Shown piece by piece: positions 9,769-20,221 of a stretch of 64,000 nt of DNA. The stretch is from Christensenella sp. UBA7571. GTDB lineage: Bacteria; Bacillota; Clostridia; Christensenellales; CAG-917. Where the stretch lies: contig DLLD01000016.1 in NCBI GenBank assembly GCA_002476605.1, forward strand, positions 99,225 to 163,224, read 5' to 3'. The notes beneath the pieces were generated by a model. It saw nothing but the letters and a program-made list of their open reading frames with translations. It did not search any database and was not told the DNA's origin. Position 1 is the first letter of the stretch, and each line of letters starts with the position of its first letter. The translations under genes were made by a program, and so were the position numbers.

Positions 9769-11412
9769 ATGGCAAAAAATACGAAAACGGTTAAAGTTAC
9801 CTTCCTTGGCGGTGTCGGTGAAATCGGCAAAAATATGACCGTCTTGGAATACGGCAACGATATGATAATCGTGGACTGCGGTGTGTCTTTCCCAAAAGAG
9901 GACAGCCCCGGCATAGACGCGATTATCCCCGACATCACTTACATCAAAGAAAATATATCAAGACTTCGCGGTATCGTGCTTACGCACGGTCACGAAGACC
10001 ACATCGGCGCAATTCCTTATTACGCCGACGACCTCAAAGACGTGCCTATCTACGGCACTGCGCTCACTATCGGGCTTCTTAAACGCAAGCTCGACAAGCA
10101 AGGCAAAAAGTGCAATCTCGTGACTATTTCGGCGGGGGACACTGTGTCTTTGGGAGAATTCCGCGTAGAATTTATCAAAGTGGCGCACTCTATGGCGGGT
10201 GCTTGCGCGCTCAATATCACTTGCCCCGTCGGCAACGTGTTCGTGACGGGTGACTTCAAGATCGACAACACGCCCATCGACGGCAAAAAGACGGATATAG
10301 GACGCATTGCGGAAATAGGCGCAAAGGGCGTTTTGCTTATGCTCGGAGAGTCCACCAACGTAGAGCGAGCGGGCAGTTCCACTTCGGAAAAAGTCGTAGG
10401 ACAAAATTTGGAGCAAATTTTCGTCGCAAACCCCAACAAACGCATAGTTATCGCGTGCTTTGCATCGTCCAACTACCGCGTGCAACAAGTGCTTACCCTT
10501 GCGCATAAGTACCATAGAAAAGTGGTGCTTGCGGGCAGAAGTATGAAAGGCATCGTGGACGTTGCGTCCGCTTGCGGTGAATTGCAGGTGCCAAAGGGCG
10601 TACTCGTTGACAGCGTTGGAAGATTGCTCCCCAGCGAAACCGTCGTGCTTGCAACCGGCTCGCAAGGTGAACCGCTCAGCGCGCTCAACAAGCTCTCAAA
10701 GGGTGAATTTAACAAAATCAATCTCGGCACGGACGACGTAGTGGTGCTCAGTTCTTCGCCTATCCCCGGCAACGAAAAATCCGTCTACGACGTCATCAAC
10801 GACTTGTTCAGAAAGGGCGCAAACGTCATTTACGACAGTATGAACGACATTCACGTGTCGGGACACGCTTACGCCGAGGAATTGAAACTTATGCTTACCC
10901 TCGTACACCCGCAGTTCTTTATGCCCGTGCACGGTGAGTATCGTCATCAATTCAAACACGCGGAAATTGCAAAATCGCTGGGCGTGGCAAGCAAAAATAT
11001 CGTCATTCCCAACATCGGCGAGTGCTACGGCGTAAATCAAAAGGGTATACGCCAACACTCCAACGTCGCGTCGGGCAACACCTACGTGGACGGCGTAGTG
11101 CTCGAAGACGGAAAATCCGTCGTCAACGACCGTCGTTCGCTTGCAGAATACGGTATGCTTTTGGTGCTTTGCGCGGTGGATATGGACCTCGGCAAAATCT
11201 CGGGGGACGTGGACGTGGTGGCAAGAGGCTTCAACCTCACCGACGACGTGCGCTCGTCCATAGAAAACGCAACAAAAGACGCGATAAATTCCGTCGATTT
11301 TGACAAGACCGACGTCAACGAAATCGCTCGCATAGTCAAAAAGGCTGTGAGAAAACTCTTTTACAAGGATAGACAATTCCCGATTATCATTCCCGTTATC
11401 GTCGAGGACTGA
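9769..11412 (+). CDS. rnj: ribonuclease J (metallo-beta-lactamase/beta-CASP)
   Basis: VKVTFLGGVGEIGKNM, LTHGHEDHIGA, SGHA and PVHGEYRH motifs. 547 aa. Confidence 0.9.
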   Translation: MAKNTKTVKVTFLGGVGEIGKNMTVLEYGNDMIIVDCGVSFPKEDSPGIDAIIPDITYIKENISRLRGIVLTHGHEDHIGAIPYYADDLKDVPIYGTALTIGLLKRKLDKQGKKCNLVTISAGDTVSLGEFRVEFIKVAHSMAGACALNITCPVGNVFVTGDFKIDNTPIDGKKTDIGRIAEIGAKGVLLMLGESTNVERAGSSTSEKVVGQNLEQIFVANPNKRIVIACFASSNYRVQQVLTLAHKYHRKVVLAGRSMKGIVDVASACGELQVPKGVLVDSVGRLLPSETVVLATGSQGEPLSALNKLSKGEFNKINLGTDDVVVLSSSPIPGNEKSVYDVINDLFRKGANVIYDSMNDIHVSGHAYAEELKLMLTLVHPQFFMPVHGEYRHQFKHAEIAKSLGVASKNIVIPNIGECYGVNQKGIRQHSNVASGNTYVDGVVLEDGKSVVNDRRSLAEYGMLLVLCAVDMDLGKISGDVDVVARGFNLTDDVRSSIENATKDAINSVDFDKTDVNEIARIVKKAVRKLFYKDRQFPIIIPVIVED

Positions 11413-11535
11413 CGAGAGAAGACGGACGACCGTTATACGTATAGCGGTTGACGATGATAGGATTATAGATTATATCGAAATGGACATTTTCCCGTTGCGA
11501 TTCCCGTCGTTGGAATTTGCGGGAAGGGGTGAAAT

Positions 11536-12624
11536 ATGTATAGAAAACGCATTATTCTCATACTTACGTCGCGTGACGAGCCCGACGGTGTTTCCGAGAG
11601 GCTTGCCGAAGCAATCCGCAAAATCGGCACGCACAACGTGGTGGTTATGAGCGACGACAAGTACGGCTCTGCCACCAAACTTTCGGCGTTGGATAAAATT
11701 ATGGACAGCGGTGGGGAATATCAATATTTGCTCGAACGCAAGGACAAGGGCGTGATTAAGGACAAGTTCAAGTTCAAGACGCTTTCAAAGAGAGTCAACC
11801 GCATAAACAACCTTATCAAGCGTTTCCATCCCGAGTACATTTTGTGCGTTACGCCTTACGCTCATCACTGCGCAATCGAGGCAAAACGCAGAGCGAGATT
11901 TAATACGCAAATCATTTATATGATGCAAACGTTCACCCTCTCAAAAAGAGTGCACGACGACGCAACCAACGTTTATATAGTCGAAAACGCAGACGTAAAG
12001 TCCGCTTTGGTGCGAATCGGCATAAAATCTAAGGACGTTATGGTTATGGGCTTGCCCTACGACATAGAGTGCTTGCACCCCGACCAAATCACGCTCAAAA
12101 AGAGAGAACTCGGGCTTCCCAAAGTCAAGACCGTGTACGTAAACGTGCACGATAAAAAGGAACTTACGGACGTGTTCTCGCTTCTTCTCGACCAAGGTGA
12201 AATTGCCAATCTCGTGGTCAATTGCCACGACGTAAAGACGCTTGAAACGCTATCGTCAATGGCGGTGAAAGTGCCGAGTATGAAAGTGGTATTTATACAA
12301 AACGCCGACCAAACGGACGAGTGTATGCAAGTGTGCGACGTGGCTATCACGCAGTACGACGTTGCGACGCTTTACAAGTGCTTCAAGCTGGGAATACCCT
12401 CGATAGTGCTATCCAAAAACGAGCACGAGCAAGCGGATATATCCTATCTCGTGGGGCACGGGCTTTGCCTCAAAGCAAAGGATAATCTCGATATGGTCGC
12501 GCTTCTTTACAAGCTTTTGCAAACGGATACTGGTATCAAGATATCCGACGAGGGCAAAAAGTGGGTGGAGTATAGCAGTATAGACAATATAGCCAATTTC
12601 CTTTCCGCATACATAGCGGTGTGA
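11536..12624 (+). CDS. hypothetical protein, possibly a GT-B fold glycosyltransferase (MGDG synthase/UgtP-like)
   Basis: 362-aa ORF with good coding appearance. The N-terminus (RIILILTSRDEPDGVSERLAEAI) is reminiscent of diacylglycerol glycosyltransferases. Weak assignment. Confidence 0.35.
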   Translation: MYRKRIILILTSRDEPDGVSERLAEAIRKIGTHNVVVMSDDKYGSATKLSALDKIMDSGGEYQYLLERKDKGVIKDKFKFKTLSKRVNRINNLIKRFHPEYILCVTPYAHHCAIEAKRRARFNTQIIYMMQTFTLSKRVHDDATNVYIVENADVKSALVRIGIKSKDVMVMGLPYDIECLHPDQITLKKRELGLPKVKTVYVNVHDKKELTDVFSLLLDQGEIANLVVNCHDVKTLETLSSMAVKVPSMKVVFIQNADQTDECMQVCDVAITQYDVATLYKCFKLGIPSIVLSKNEHEQADISYLVGHGLCLKAKDNLDMVALLYKLLQTDTGIKISDEGKKWVEYSSIDNIANFLSAYIAV

Positions 12625-12634
12625 GAGGGACGAT

Positions 12635-13912
12635 ATGCCAAAGATAAAGATAAAAACGGTTTCGGATTTTGCAAAAAGACAGGGATTTCGAGTCGGCGAC
12701 GAAGTGTTGCGCATAGGCGGATACGATATGATCGACGAGCTCGATTACTTGTACTACGACAACGAGAGAAAATTCTCGGTGGATATTTTACGTGACGGAA
12801 AACCGCATACTATCAAAGTGCACAAAAAGGACGGACAATCGCTCGGACTTGAATTCGATATCGAGATGAAGCCCGTCGTGTGCAAAAACAAGTGCATTTT
12901 TTGCTTCGTGGACCAACTTCCCAAGGGTATGCGCTCCACGCTTTACGTCAAAGACGACGATTACAGATACAGTTTTATGTGCGGTTCGTACGTCACGATG
13001 ACCAACGTAAGCGAAGCGGACATCGAGAGGGTTATAAGGCTCAAACTCAGCCCTCTTTATATTTCCGTGCACGCGTGGGACGACGATATCCGTACGTTTA
13101 TACTCAAAAACCCGAACACGCGCAAATTGCGCGACCAAATGCGCCGTCTCGGTGCGGCGGGCATTAAGATGCACACGCAACTGGTGGTAGTGCCCGACGT
13201 CAACGACGGAAAGGTGCTCGAAGACAGTATAAGAGGTTTGCACGAGGTCGAAGGTGTGGAAACTGTGGCGGTCGTGCCCGTGGGAATGACGGGACATAGG
13301 GACAATTTGCCCAACCTCAAAAGCGTTGACGAACAAAACGCCAAAGACACGATTGCGCTCGTTGAGGAACTTCACAAGGAATACGGCGGATTTTGCTGGT
13401 GCAGTGACGAATACTACGTCAAGGCAAAACTTCCCACGCCGTCAAGCACGTACTACGGCTCGTTTGACCAAATCGAAAACGGCGTAGGTTTGCTTGCGGA
13501 CTTCGACGACAATTTCGAGTACAATATGAGCGAAACCGAGGATTGCAACCTCGGCAAAAAGGTTGAGTTTATAACGGGCGTATCCTTTGCGCCTTACCTT
13601 GAAAAATACGCAAAAAGACTTGAAGAAAAACTCGGTATCGAGTGCAAAGTGCACGCGATTATCAACAACTTTTTCGGCACTTCCGTAACGGTTGCGGGAC
13701 TCGTTACGGCGGGAGACATTACGGAGCAACTCAAAGACAATCCCGCCCCCGACGCGTACGTGATACCCGACAATATGCTCCGCGAATTTACGGATACCTT
13801 CCTCGACAACGTGAGAGTTGAGGAACTTTCCGAAAGACTCAAAGCACCTGTTATCGTCACGGCACACAGCGGAAGCGACATTGTGAGCAAGATAAAAGAA
13901 TTCTTTGAATAA
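12635..13912 (+). CDS. PDZ-domain/radical-SAM-like DUF512 protein
   Basis: N-terminal PDZ-like GFRVGDEVLRIGG, cysteine motif CKNKCIFCF, C-terminal DUF512-like region. Conserved position directly upstream of der in Clostridia. Confidence 0.7.
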   Translation: MPKIKIKTVSDFAKRQGFRVGDEVLRIGGYDMIDELDYLYYDNERKFSVDILRDGKPHTIKVHKKDGQSLGLEFDIEMKPVVCKNKCIFCFVDQLPKGMRSTLYVKDDDYRYSFMCGSYVTMTNVSEADIERVIRLKLSPLYISVHAWDDDIRTFILKNPNTRKLRDQMRRLGAAGIKMHTQLVVVPDVNDGKVLEDSIRGLHEVEGVETVAVVPVGMTGHRDNLPNLKSVDEQNAKDTIALVEELHKEYGGFCWCSDEYYVKAKLPTPSSTYYGSFDQIENGVGLLADFDDNFEYNMSETEDCNLGKKVEFITGVSFAPYLEKYAKRLEEKLGIECKVHAIINNFFGTSVTVAGLVTAGDITEQLKDNPAPDAYVIPDNMLREFTDTFLDNVRVEELSERLKAPVIVTAHSGSDIVSKIKEFFE

Positions 13913-14000
13913 ACGAAAAAACGAAAACGCGCATAAAATGCAATAATCTGCGTTTTATGCAACCGAAAACGACAAATAAACATAAGATTTGGTGAAAACG

Positions 14001-15317
14001 ATGAAACCATTGGTAGCAGTAGTAGGAAGACCTAACGTAGGAAAATCAACGCTTTTCAACCGCATTGCGGGCAGTAGAATTTCTATCGTCGAAAACACTC
14101 CCGGCGTTACGCGCGACAGAGTTTACGCCGATTGCGAGTGGTGCGGAAGAGCGTTTACGCTCATAGACACGGGCGGTTTGGAAATGAAGAGTACGGACGA
14201 GATGTGGAGTCATATCCGCACGCAAGTGGAAATTGCGGTGGACACGGCGGACGCCATTTTGTACGTGGTGGACGGCAAGACGGGACTTACGACGGACGAC
14301 AACCTCGTGTGTTCGTATTTGAGAAAATCAAAACTCCCCGTCATCCTTGCGGTCAACAAAATAGACAACAACGATATGGGCAACGTATACGATTTTTACG
14401 CGCTCGGATTCGGCGAACCTTACGCCGTCAGTGCGGAGCAAGGCAAGGGGCTCGGCGATTTGCTTGACGCGATTATGGAGGTTATCCCCGTAAGCGTGCC
14501 CGAGGAAGATCCCGACCGCATAAAGATTGCAATCGTCGGAAAACCCAACGCGGGCAAGAGCTCCATTGCCAACAAACTTTTGGGATACGACCGCTCCATC
14601 GTAAGCGATATAGCGGGTACGACGCGCGACGCAATCGATACCGAACTCAACGTGGGCGAGGACAAATATCTCATCATCGATACGGCGGGTATGCGCAAGA
14701 AAAAGGTGGTCAACGAGGACGTCGAAAGATACTCGGTTATGCGTTCTATCCTCGCTGTGCGTAGGGCGGACGTCGTGCTTATCGTATGCGACGCAAACGA
14801 GGGACTTACCGAGCAAGACGTTAAAATCGCGGGCTTCGTGCACGAAGAGGGCAAGCCGTCCATAATCGTTATGAACAAGTGGGATTTGGTGGACAAGAAC
14901 ACCCACACCATTTACGAATACGAGAAAAAACTCAAAGAAGATTTGAAGTATATGGATTATTTCAAGTCCGTGTATATCTCCGCACTCAGCGGAAAGCGTC
15001 TTGACAATTTGCTCCCGCTTTGCAAAGAGGTGGTGGCAAATTCCAGAAAGCGTATCGCGACGGGACTTCTCAACGAGGTTATCGGCGACGCAATCAGAAT
15101 AAGCGAACCGCCGTCATATCTCGGAAAGAAACTCAAAATCTTCTACGTTACGCAAGTGTCCGTTGCGCCTCCGACTTTCGTGGTCAAGGTCAACGATCCC
15201 GCGATTATGCATTTCAGCTACAAGAGATACCTCGAAAACTCCTTGCGCAAGAGCTTTGATTTTTCGGGTACGCCTATACGCTTGCTCATACGCTCCAACA
15301 GCGGTGACGAGCAATAA
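14001..15317 (+). CDS. der: ribosome-associated GTPase Der (EngA), two GTPase domains plus KH-like domain
   Basis: Two G domains (GRPNVGKSTLFN / DTGG / NKID, and GKPNAGKSSIAN / DTAGMR / NKWD). ATG at 14001 preferred over the TTG at 13989. Confidence 0.93.
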   Translation: MKPLVAVVGRPNVGKSTLFNRIAGSRISIVENTPGVTRDRVYADCEWCGRAFTLIDTGGLEMKSTDEMWSHIRTQVEIAVDTADAILYVVDGKTGLTTDDNLVCSYLRKSKLPVILAVNKIDNNDMGNVYDFYALGFGEPYAVSAEQGKGLGDLLDAIMEVIPVSVPEEDPDRIKIAIVGKPNAGKSSIANKLLGYDRSIVSDIAGTTRDAIDTELNVGEDKYLIIDTAGMRKKKVVNEDVERYSVMRSILAVRRADVVLIVCDANEGLTEQDVKIAGFVHEEGKPSIIVMNKWDLVDKNTHTIYEYEKKLKEDLKYMDYFKSVYISALSGKRLDNLLPLCKEVVANSRKRIATGLLNEVIGDAIRISEPPSYLGKKLKIFYVTQVSVAPPTFVVKVNDPAIMHFSYKRYLENSLRKSFDFSGTPIRLLIRSNSGDEQ

Positions 15318-15489
15318 AAAATCACCGAAAATCACTCAAAAATGCGTTGCGTAAACGCATAATCGGTGATATAGTGTGGGTATCGAAAAATCGGACGATT
15401 GTATAATATATTATACAAACCGCACGAAAGACTACGCCGATTGGCAAAAGTGTCCGAATCGGAATAGGATACATTAAGACGGAGGGCTT

Positions 15490-16758
15490 ATGAACTACAA
15501 GGATATTGCCAAAGAACAACTTTGCGAGCAACTCAAAACCGAACAAAAGGCATATAAAAAACTTGTAAAACGCGGTGTGAGCGTGGATATGACGCGCGGA
15601 AAGCCGTCCTCCGAACAACTTGAAATCGCAATGCCTATGCTTGCGCACGCGGGTGAGTACGACTATAAAATGAGCGGTATCGACGCGCGCAATTACGGTG
15701 AACCCGCGGGACTTAAACAAGCAAGAGAGCTGTTTGCCGATATTCTCGGCGTAAAGGCGGACGAGGTTATCGTATGCGACGGCTCGTCGCTCGATATTAT
15801 GTACAACGTGGTGCAGTTTGCACTCCAATTCGGCATAATGGGGTCGACGCCGTGGAACAAGCTTGACAAGGTCAAATTCATTTGCCCCGCGCCCGGTTAC
15901 GATAGACATTTTTCCATTTGCGAAAACTTCGGCATAGATATGATCACAGTGCCTATGCTTGCGGACGGTCCGGATATGGATATGGTGGAAGCACTCGTCA
16001 AAGACGACGCAAGCGTCAAAGGTATATGGTGCGTTCCCAAATATTCCAATCCTACTGGCGTTACGTTTTCGGATAAAGTGGTGGAGAGAATGGCAAATCT
16101 CAAACCCGCGGCAAAAGACTTCCGCGTATTTTGGGACAACGCCTATTGCATACACGGGCTTTACGAGACGGAAGATAAACTCAAAAACATATTCGACGTT
16201 GCCAAAAAAGCGGGCAATTCCGATATGATTTACGAGTTTTCGTCAACGGCAAAAATCACTTTTGCGGGAAGCGGAGTGGCGGTAATCGCAACGTCGCAAA
16301 ACAACGTGCAAGACTTGCTCAAACGCTTGTTTTTCAAGAAAATCAATCCCAACCGCGTAAACCAAGTTATGCACGTGGAGTTTTTGAAAGACGTCGACAA
16401 CGTAAAGAGAATTATGCAAAAGCACGCTGAGATATTACGTCCCAAATTCGATTTGTTCCAAGCCAAGATGGGGACGGCGTTTGGCGGAAGCGAAGAAGTG
16501 AAGTGGTCGAGACCTCGCGGAGGTTATTTCATTTCGCTTGACGTACCGCATTGCGCAAAACGCATCGTGGAACTTGCTTCCGAGGCGGGAGTCAAGTTTA
16601 CCGCGGCGGGTTCAACCTTCCCGTATCGTATGGACGACAACGATAGCAATATCCGCATTGCGCCCAGCGTGCCGTCGCTCGAAGAAATGGACTTTGCAAT
16701 AGACGTGCTTGTCCAAAGCATCAAAATCGCACTTATCGAATATAATTTGAACAAATAA
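15490..16758 (+). CDS. PLP-dependent aminotransferase, class I/II fold (AspC-like)
   Basis: 422 aa. Has SNPTG, then FWDNAYC, and the lysine-containing SSTAKITFAGSG motif. Confidence 0.75.
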   Translation: MNYKDIAKEQLCEQLKTEQKAYKKLVKRGVSVDMTRGKPSSEQLEIAMPMLAHAGEYDYKMSGIDARNYGEPAGLKQARELFADILGVKADEVIVCDGSSLDIMYNVVQFALQFGIMGSTPWNKLDKVKFICPAPGYDRHFSICENFGIDMITVPMLADGPDMDMVEALVKDDASVKGIWCVPKYSNPTGVTFSDKVVERMANLKPAAKDFRVFWDNAYCIHGLYETEDKLKNIFDVAKKAGNSDMIYEFSSTAKITFAGSGVAVIATSQNNVQDLLKRLFFKKINPNRVNQVMHVEFLKDVDNVKRIMQKHAEILRPKFDLFQAKMGTAFGGSEEVKWSRPRGGYFISLDVPHCAKRIVELASEAGVKFTAAGSTFPYRMDDNDSNIRIAPSVPSLEEMDFAIDVLVQSIKIALIEYNLNK

Positions 16759-16797
16759 AACGCCGATTGTGCGAAAAACCATATAAAAAACGGCATT

Positions 16798-16826
16798 AAA
16801 AAAGGCACTCGTCGGAGTGCCTTTTT
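16798..16826. terminator. bidirectional rho-independent terminator
   Basis: AAAAAAGGCACTC-GTCG-GAGTGCCTTTTT between convergent genes. Confidence 0.65.
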
Positions 16827-16842
16827 CGTGCTTTATAAGCGA

Positions 16843-18672
16843 TTACATTTTTGCGATGTACGCAGCAAGTTCGTTGAAGATGACGTCAAGTCCGTGTGCG
16901 CCAGCGTCGGGATAACCGATTGAACGCTCACCGACAGTGCCCGCTCTTCCGAGTGTCGCAACGTGCGTCTTGGTGGCTTCTGCGCCGTCGTGTGCCGCTT
17001 TTGCGCCGAGGTCGAGACCTTCTTGCAAAGTCTTGCCTTCTTCCGCTGCTTTGGTCAACGCCATTGCGCAAGGCTTCAATGCGTCGACGAGAGTCTTGTC
17101 GCCGATTTCCGCGCCTTTGCCGAAGGACTTCTTGCCGGTTTCGTAAACGCCACGGTTTGCTTCGGTGAAGAGAAGCGCTACGTCAGCAAGATTGACTTCT
17201 TTCTTGCCGAGCATTGCTTTGCCCGCGTACTTGAATGCAGAACCCCAAATAGGACCGCTTGCGCCACCGCAGTACTCTTTGATTATCTCACTGCAACTGA
17301 CGAGGAATTGACCGATATCGCCTTTCTTTCTCGTTGCCCAGTCTGCTTTGAGTTGTTTGAAGCCTTTTGCGATTGACATACCGAAGTCACCGTCGCCCAT
17401 TTTGTCCGCTTCGCAGAAGGGAACTTCGTTTTCGATAATGACGTCTGCCATTTTGTCTACGATTTGAACGAACGCCGCCGTGTTGATGGTCTCGCCGACT
17501 TGGGGAGTGCCTTCCACTTCGTATACTGCGTTGTCTTCGTTTTCATCGGTAGCGACTGCCTTTTTTGCCGTTGCTTTGTGTGCGGTCTCGACGGGAGCAT
17601 ATCCGAGTGCTCTGCCGATTGCTTGCACTGCTTCGAGTGCCGCTTCCGCTTGTTCGCTCATAGCCGCGCCCCAAGTGAGTGCGGGAGTGGATACGGGGTA
17701 GTCGATGAGGGCTTTGAGTTCGTTATCCACGCGGAGGACGGAGATAGACGCGCCCGCCATATCGATGGACGTCATAAAGTTGCCGACGATGGTGCGGTGG
17801 ATATTGATACCGTCCGCTTTCAACGCCTTGGTTACGGAATTGTTGAGGATATAGAGCTCTTGGAGCGGAGTTCCGCCAAAGCCGTTGATGAGGAGAACGA
17901 CGTCTTCGCCTTTTTTGAGAGCGAGGTCTTCTTCGAGGTCGGTGAGGATACGTCTTGACAAATCGTCGCAGAACGTGCCCGTCGAATAGTCGATTTTCTC
18001 ACGGAAACGACCGGGTTCACCGTGGATACCTACGCCGAATTCCATTTCGTCGTCACCGATTTCAAAAGTGGGGTGTCCCGCCGCCGGTACGGTACAACTC
18101 GTGAACGCAAAACCGAAGGAACGAACGTTTTCGATAACTTTGTTTGCAACAGCTTTGACTTCTTCGAGTTCTTTGCCTTGTTCCGCCGCCGCGCCCGCGC
18201 ATTTATGTACGAGGACAGTGCCCGCAACGCCTCTGCGACCTACGGTGTAGAGGGAGTCTTTGACTGCGATATCGTCGTTGACGTACACTGCGTCGACTTT
18301 GATGCCGTCGTCTTGTGCGTCTGCCATTGCGTTGTTGAAGTTCATACAGTCACCGGAGTAGTTCTTGATGATGAGAAGAACGCCTTTATCCGTTGCGCAT
18401 TTCTTGATTGCGTTGTAGACTTGAACTTGTGAGGGGGACGCAAAGACGTCACCGCAAACGGCTGCGTCAAGCATACCTTTGCCGACGAAGCCTGCGTGTG
18501 CGGGTTCGTGTCCGCTGCCGCCACCGGAAATCAAACTGACTTTTGCGTCGTTGATATCTTTCTTTTTGACAACCTTATACTTTTCGACGAATTCGAGTTC
18601 GGGATGAGCAGCAGCCAAGCCGTGACACATATCGTAAACGAAAGTTTCGGGCGTATTCATTATTTTCTTCAT
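16843..18672 (-). CDS. ATP-dependent dihydroxyacetone kinase (fused DhaK-DhaL domains)
   Basis: Dak1 hallmark SGGGSGHEPAHAGFVG. C-terminal Dak2 domain (DGDFGMS, GGASGPIWG). 609 aa. Confidence 0.9.
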   Translation of the reverse strand: MKKIMNTPETFVYDMCHGLAAAHPELEFVEKYKVVKKKDINDAKVSLISGGGSGHEPAHAGFVGKGMLDAAVCGDVFASPSQVQVYNAIKKCATDKGVLLIIKNYSGDCMNFNNAMADAQDDGIKVDAVYVNDDIAVKDSLYTVGRRGVAGTVLVHKCAGAAAEQGKELEEVKAVANKVIENVRSFGFAFTSCTVPAAGHPTFEIGDDEMEFGVGIHGEPGRFREKIDYSTGTFCDDLSRRILTDLEEDLALKKGEDVVLLINGFGGTPLQELYILNNSVTKALKADGINIHRTIVGNFMTSIDMAGASISVLRVDNELKALIDYPVSTPALTWGAAMSEQAEAALEAVQAIGRALGYAPVETAHKATAKKAVATDENEDNAVYEVEGTPQVGETINTAAFVQIVDKMADVIIENEVPFCEADKMGDGDFGMSIAKGFKQLKADWATRKKGDIGQFLVSCSEIIKEYCGGASGPIWGSAFKYAGKAMLGKKEVNLADVALLFTEANRGVYETGKKSFGKGAEIGDKTLVDALKPCAMALTKAAEEGKTLQEGLDLGAKAAHDGAEATKTHVATLGRAGTVGERSIGYPDAGAHGLDVIFNELAAYIAKM

Positions 18673-18777
18673 AATAATTCTCCTTAAAACCGCTTATATA
18701 ATCCTATTATAACCTTATATTACGCGGATTTTTTATAAGACACTCCCTTGCGCGGGCAAGGGAGTGTGCGTTTTATA

Positions 18778-19962
18778 TTAGTGGCAGCATTCGCAGTCGC
18801 AGCCGTATCTGAAATCGTGACCGAGTTTGTCCGCCGCTTTGATTGCCGCGATAACCATATCTTCGGTTACGGGGAAGGGCATATTGTGGATGCTCTCGTC
18901 GGGGATGCAAGTCTTTGCAGCGACGACCTTGTATTCTTCTTCGGTGAGCTCTTCTCTGATGACTTCACCCGTGCGCGGATTGGTCATAAGGTCGTGCAAG
19001 CAGACGGGGAGACCTACTTCGTCGCAGAAGTTGAGAACTTCGTAAAGTTCTTCTTCGGGGCTGTTTTCGAGAACGAGTTGGCAAATCGTACCGAATGCGA
19101 CTACTTCACCGTGCATACAGCAAGCGTGAATGTCGTGGATTGCGGTGAGACCGTCGTGAATTGCGTGTGCAGCTGCAAGACCGCCGGATTCAAAGCCGAG
19201 ACCGGAGAGAAGAATGTTGGTTTCAACGATCTTTTCAAATGCGGGAGTTACGACGTTGCAGTCGCAAGCGACTTTTGCTTTTGCGCCGTCGCTGATAAGG
19301 TTGCGATAGCAAAGCTCTGCAAGTGCGGCAGCAGTGTAAGTGCCGTAGCCGAGCAACGTGCCTTTCTTGCGGTCTGCTCCGCAAGGGAGACCTGCGTTGA
19401 CGTTGGATACGCTGTTGACGTTGGCTCTTGCCTCGAAGTATGTGGAGAGTGCGTCGCCCATACCGCTTACGAGGAAGCGAGAAGGTGCGTTTGCGATGAC
19501 GTTGAGGTCGATAAGAACTACGGACGGGCTTTGACGGAAGTATGCGTAATCGTCAAACTCGTGATCGTCCGTGTAAAGAACTGCGGAGTGAGAGGTCGGT
19601 GCGTCCGTTGCCGCGATAGTGGGGCAGATGATGAGCGGATTGCCAGCTGCGACGCATTTGGAAGTGTCGATTGCTTTACCGCCGCCGAGACCGATCGTGC
19701 AATTGCATTTGTTTGCTTTTGCGAACTCTTGAAGTGCTTTTACGACTGTGCGTGAGCATTCACCCTTGAAGATGTCGCAAGTGACGAATTCAACACCGTA
19801 TTTTGCTTGCGTTGCTTCGAGTTTCTCTTTGACGAGATTGAGTGCAAACGGGTCTGCGATAAGGAGTGCTTTCTTACCGAAGGTTTTGACAAAATAACCG
19901 AGGTTCAACAATTCGTTTTCGCCTTGTACATACTTTGTGGGACAAATAAATGCTTTTCTCAT
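18778..19962 (-). CDS. gldA: glycerol dehydrogenase (iron-containing ADH family) with a Cys-rich C-terminal tail
   Basis: MRKAFICPTKYVQGENEL start, GLGGGKAIDT, metal-binding His residues (AAAHAIHDGL, HGEVVAFG). Extra tail HDFRYGCDCECCH. Confidence 0.88.
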   Translation of the reverse strand: MRKAFICPTKYVQGENELLNLGYFVKTFGKKALLIADPFALNLVKEKLEATQAKYGVEFVTCDIFKGECSRTVVKALQEFAKANKCNCTIGLGGGKAIDTSKCVAAGNPLIICPTIAATDAPTSHSAVLYTDDHEFDDYAYFRQSPSVVLIDLNVIANAPSRFLVSGMGDALSTYFEARANVNSVSNVNAGLPCGADRKKGTLLGYGTYTAAALAELCYRNLISDGAKAKVACDCNVVTPAFEKIVETNILLSGLGFESGGLAAAHAIHDGLTAIHDIHACCMHGEVVAFGTICQLVLENSPEEELYEVLNFCDEVGLPVCLHDLMTNPRTGEVIREELTEEEYKVVAAKTCIPDESIHNMPFPVTEDMVIAAIKAADKLGHDFRYGCDCECCH

Positions 19963-20221
19963 AAATTTTCTCCTTTAATGAGTTATTTTTTTAAGATGTA
20001 AACATTATATATCCTTGCCGAAAATAATTCAATACCCAATTTGTTAAAAAACGTGTATTTTTGAAAAATTTTTGCAAAAAATCGCGATTTTGATGGTTTG
20101 CGGGCTCGATTTTCATAAAAATTTAATGTTTTTTGAGCAATTTATTCAAAAAAGTTGAATATTGAAAAAATCCGTATATAATAAAAATCAATAAAAAATC
20201 TTCATTTTCGAGGTGAATAAT

